Shown here: positions 60,554 through 64,000 of the stretch, one piece after another | Numbering within the stretch: position 1 is the first letter of the stretch | Layout: every line of letters begins with the position of its first letter | NCBI GenBank assembly: GCA_965644265.1 | Contig: OZ286477.1 | Span: 33,356,001-33,420,000 of the forward strand | Direction of reading: 5' to 3' | DNA from: Glycera tridactyla | Taxonomy: Eukaryota | DNA: 64,000 nt | Position numbers and translations under genes: made by a program | The notes under the pieces: generated by a model | What the model was told of the DNA's origin: nothing | Databases searched by the model: none | What the model saw: the letters and a program-made list of their open reading frames with translations, nothing else

Positions 60554-62666
60554 AGCAACACTATCAAAGTGGCGCATTATTGACAAGCCTCCTTTAGGGT
60601 CCTTAGGGTCAGGGCGGCGCAACACCATCAAAGTGGTGCAACACTATCAAAGCAGCTCATTACTGACAAGCCTCCTTAAGGGTCAGGGCAGCGCAACACC
60701 ATCAAAGAGGTGCAACACTATCAAAGCGGTTCATTACTGACGAGCTTCCATTTGGGTCCTTAGGGTCAGAGCGGCGCAACACCATCAAAGAGGCGCAACA
60801 CTATCAAAGCGGCACATTACTGACAAGCCTCCTTTAGGGTCAGGGCGGGGCAACACCATCAAAGAGGCGCAACACTATCAAAGCGGTGCATTACTGACAA
60901 GCCTCTTTCAGGGTCCTTAGGGTTAGTGTTAGGATTAGGGCTAGGTTAGTTTATGTATGCCAAATCTCAGTTGACAAGCCATCTATAGGGTCAGGGCGGC
61001 GCAGCAGCATCAAGGTGGTGCAACACTATCAAAGAGGCGCATTACTGACAGGCCTCCTCTAGCGTCCTTAGGGTCAGGGTGGCGCAGCACCATCAAAGTG
61101 CCGCAACACTATCAAAGCGGTTCATTACTGACAAGCCTCCTTTAGGGTCCTTAGGGTCAGGGCGGCACAACACTGTCGAAGCGGCACATTACTGACAAGC
61201 CTCCTTTAGGGTCAGGGCGGCGCAAAACCATCAAAGAGGCGCAACACTAACAAAGCAGCGCATTACTGACAAGCCTCTTTCAGGGTCCTTAAGGTCAGGG
61301 CAACGCAACACTATCAAAGCGGCGCATTACTGACGAGCCTCTTTTAGGGTCCTTAGGGTCAGGGCGGCGCAACACCATCAAAGAGGCGCAACACTATCAA
61401 AGCAGCGTAGTACTGACAAGCCTCTTTTAGGGTCCTTAGAGTCAGGGCGGCGCAACACCATCAAAGCGGCACAATACTGACAAGCCTCTTTTAGGGTCCT
61501 TAGGGTTAGCGTTAGGGTTAGCGTTAGGGTTAGGGCTAGGTTAGTTTATGTATGCCAAAGCTCAGTTGACAAGCCATCTATAGGGTCAGTGCTGCGCAGC
61601 AGCATCAAGGTGGTGCAACACTGTCAAAGAGGCGCATCACTGACAGGCCTCCTATAGGGTCAGGGCGGCGCCGCACCATCAAGTGGGTGCAACACTATCA
61701 AAGAGGCGCATTCCTGACAAGTGGCGTAGCACCATCAAAGTGGCGCAATAATATCAATGAGGCGCATTACTGACAAGCCTCTTTTAGGGTCCTTAGGGTC
61801 AGGCGGCGCAACACCATCAAAGTTTTGCAACACTATCAAAGTGGCGCATTATTGACAAGCCTCTTTTAGGGTCCTTAGGGTCAGGGCGGCGCAATACCAT
61901 CAAAGTGGTGCAACACTATCAAAGCAGCTCATTACTGACAAGCCTCCTTAAGGGTCAGGGCAGCGCAACACCATCAAAGAGGTGCAACACTATCAAAGCG
62001 GTTCATTACTGACGAGCTTCCATTTGGGTCCTTAGGGTCAGAGCGGCGCAACACCATCAAAGAGGCGCAACACTATCAAAGCGGCACATTACTGACAAGC
62101 CTCCTTTAGGGTCAGGGCGGGGCAACACCATCAAAGAGGCGCAACACTATCAAAGCGGTGCATTACTGACAAGCCTCTTTCAGGGTCCTTAGGGTTAGTG
62201 TTAGGATTAGGGCTAGGTTAGTTTATGTATGCCAAATCTCAGTTGACAAGCCATCTATAGGGTCAGGGCGGCGCAGCAGCATCAAGGTGGTGCAACACTA
62301 TCAAAGAGGCGCATTACTGACAGGCCTCCTCTAGCGTCCTTAGGGTCAGGGTGGCGCAGCACCATCAAAGTGCCGCAACACTATCAAAGCGGTTCATTAC
62401 TGACAAGCCTCCTTTAGGGTCCTTAGGGTCAGGGCGGCACAACACTGTCGAAGCGGCACATTACTGACAAGCCTCCTTTAGGGTCAGGGCGGCGCAAAAC
62501 CATCAAAGAGGCGCAACACTAACAAAGCAGCGCATTACTGACAAGCCTCTTTCAGGGTCCTTAAGGTCAGGGCAACGCAACACTATCAAAGCGGCGCATT
62601 ACTGACGAGCCTCTTTTAGGGTCCTTAGGGTCAGGGCGGCGCAACACCATCAAAGAGGCGCAACAC
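60554..62666. repeat. Complex satellite with telomere-variant hexamers and a 1272-bp higher-order duplication
   Basis: monomer caacac(c/t)atcaaag..gcgcattactgacaagcctc.tttagggtccttagggtcagggcggcg; rare variants recur exactly 1272 bp apart (60742/62014; 61171/62443). Confidence 0.92.
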
Positions 62667-63601
62667 CAGGGATCTCTTTGGCACGCGGATTTGCGGAAAT
62701 TCCGCATATTTTCAGATAATGCCGCAGACTCAATGACCCTAATGCGTTCAATGCCGCATCCAGTCAGGCTGTGCTGGAGAGGTTGCCCTCTAGATAAAGT
62801 CTGATTCAGACTGACATTGTCATAAGTATTAAACATACCAGCCTGACTAACTTGATGTAAAGTCTGCTACACTGAAGCAACTTTATATGAAACAGCTGGT
62901 TGATGCGCTGACCAGTATCACTTCCAGGTGGTGGCTGGCCCCTGTCATCTATACCAATCTCACCCCATCCTGTACACTTCAAGATGGTTCACAGATTAGA
63001 CAACAGCTTGGCATGAACCTTATCAGATTACTCCCAGATACTGTTAGAAGATGGACATCAGACAAATTGTAGGTATGGCAGTTTTTTAATGAAATTAGAA
63101 TAATTGTATTTTAGCTCAGAGAGCTGTGTTTGCACTCAGTTTTCAAAACTAAAGTGTCTTCACTGAGGGACTAATTTCTGTCAATATGTGGCACATATTG
63201 GTATTGGACAGATAAAAAGCCCTACAGCTTTTATGTTTCAGCCTGACCACTGAATTGTCTAGCATCATGGTGAGATGAAAACAGAAATTCAGAAAATATG
63301 GGTGAAATCACAAAATACAGAGAAATATGACACTTTTCAGAAGCTGCAACTGTCCAGGTTCCTCCTCTAGTTTGGGCTACAGCAACCAAAGAACCAACCA
63401 ACCAGCCTCCCAAATTGTGCAATGAATTTGAAAATTCTAATCTCAACTATTGTGGCAAGAGTCTGCAGTTTTATTCCATATTATGACCTTCTGAATGTGG
63501 AGGGGTTGGAATGTTCATTCATGGCCCAGTCTATAATTCTATGTAAGGGGCAGGTGAGAATTCTGACTGAGTAGAGCAGGTGGAATTATCACTGCCTGCT
63601 C

Positions 63602-63686
63602 TGGATGGATGGATGGATGGATGGATGGATGGATGGATGGATGGATGGATGGATGGATGGATGGATGGATGGATGGATGGATGGAT
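63602..63686. repeat. (GGAT)n microsatellite
   Basis: direct inspection. Confidence 0.95.
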
Positions 63687-64000
63687 CTCGTGAAAAGTTT
63701 ATGTTAAGCTCCGCAAACAAGCCAACTTCAGAGAATTGAATTGATACGGCAAATTGAAAGCATACCCATGAAGTGTCACCCGTTCAGAATTGGTGAAGAA
63801 AATGCTGATAGAAGATTTTTTTCACATTGTGACATCGAAATCCTTAACTGTTTGATCTACATGTAGCTGGAAAATGTAATTGTCCAGGCAACTGAAAATA
63901 CCATATCAGTGAAGCACCCTGCCACCTGAACTATGACAGGTGAGAAGTGAATAGTCCCCTATATTTCACAATAATGTTAAAATCATATGGAATTCAATTG

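Noticed and set aside
59651-60597. 310-aa and 240-aa Pro/His/Thr-rich ORFs and antisense Gly/Trp-rich ORFs
   Set aside because: Products of the (CCCA)n tract, which lacks stop codons.
60554-62666. CRISPR-like appearance, or a true chromosome end
   Set aside because: Eukaryotic context, no unique spacers, no cas genes; TTAGGG runs are short, degenerate and followed by ordinary sequence.
62887-63072. 61-aa + strand ORF as the divergent partner gene (for example MTRR)
   Set aside because: No resemblance to the MTRR flavodoxin-like N-terminus or another known family.

Overview
Eukaryotic (animal, probably marine invertebrate) genomic DNA with GT-AG introns, seven N-gaps and dense non-autonomous transposons; no prokaryotic features. 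Two convergent protein-coding genes were reconstructed by hand with consistent splice phases. (1) The 3' part of an AGAP/centaurin-gamma gene (+ strand, 11 core exons 4641-39014, 507 aa visible: basic NLS-like motif, split PH, ArfGAP zinc finger, ankyrin repeats); the N-terminal GTPase-like exons are not seen and presumably lie upstream. (2) A complete FASTKD3-like mitochondrial RNA-processing gene (- strand, 8 coding exons 58173-48627, 649 aa, C-terminal RAP domain) with a CpG-rich promoter at about 59.6-59.9 kb. The rest is TA-flanked Tc1/mariner-type MITEs, hAT-like MITEs with 5-, 6- and 8-bp target duplications, Helentron-associated elements (HINEs) carrying 157- and 147-bp tandem arrays, SINE fragments, mini/microsatellites and a TTAGGG-containing satellite with a 1272-bp higher-order repeat. 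Best leads: a frame-preserving poly-Gly cassette exon in the AGAP split-PH insert; candidate short-isoform terminal exons; a 15-unit minisatellite of CTCF-like motifs; several hAT-like families with non-canonical TSD lengths; a HINE nested in a MITE with a reconstructable empty site; and a 30-bp templated insertion. No wholly new multi-gene system is evident.
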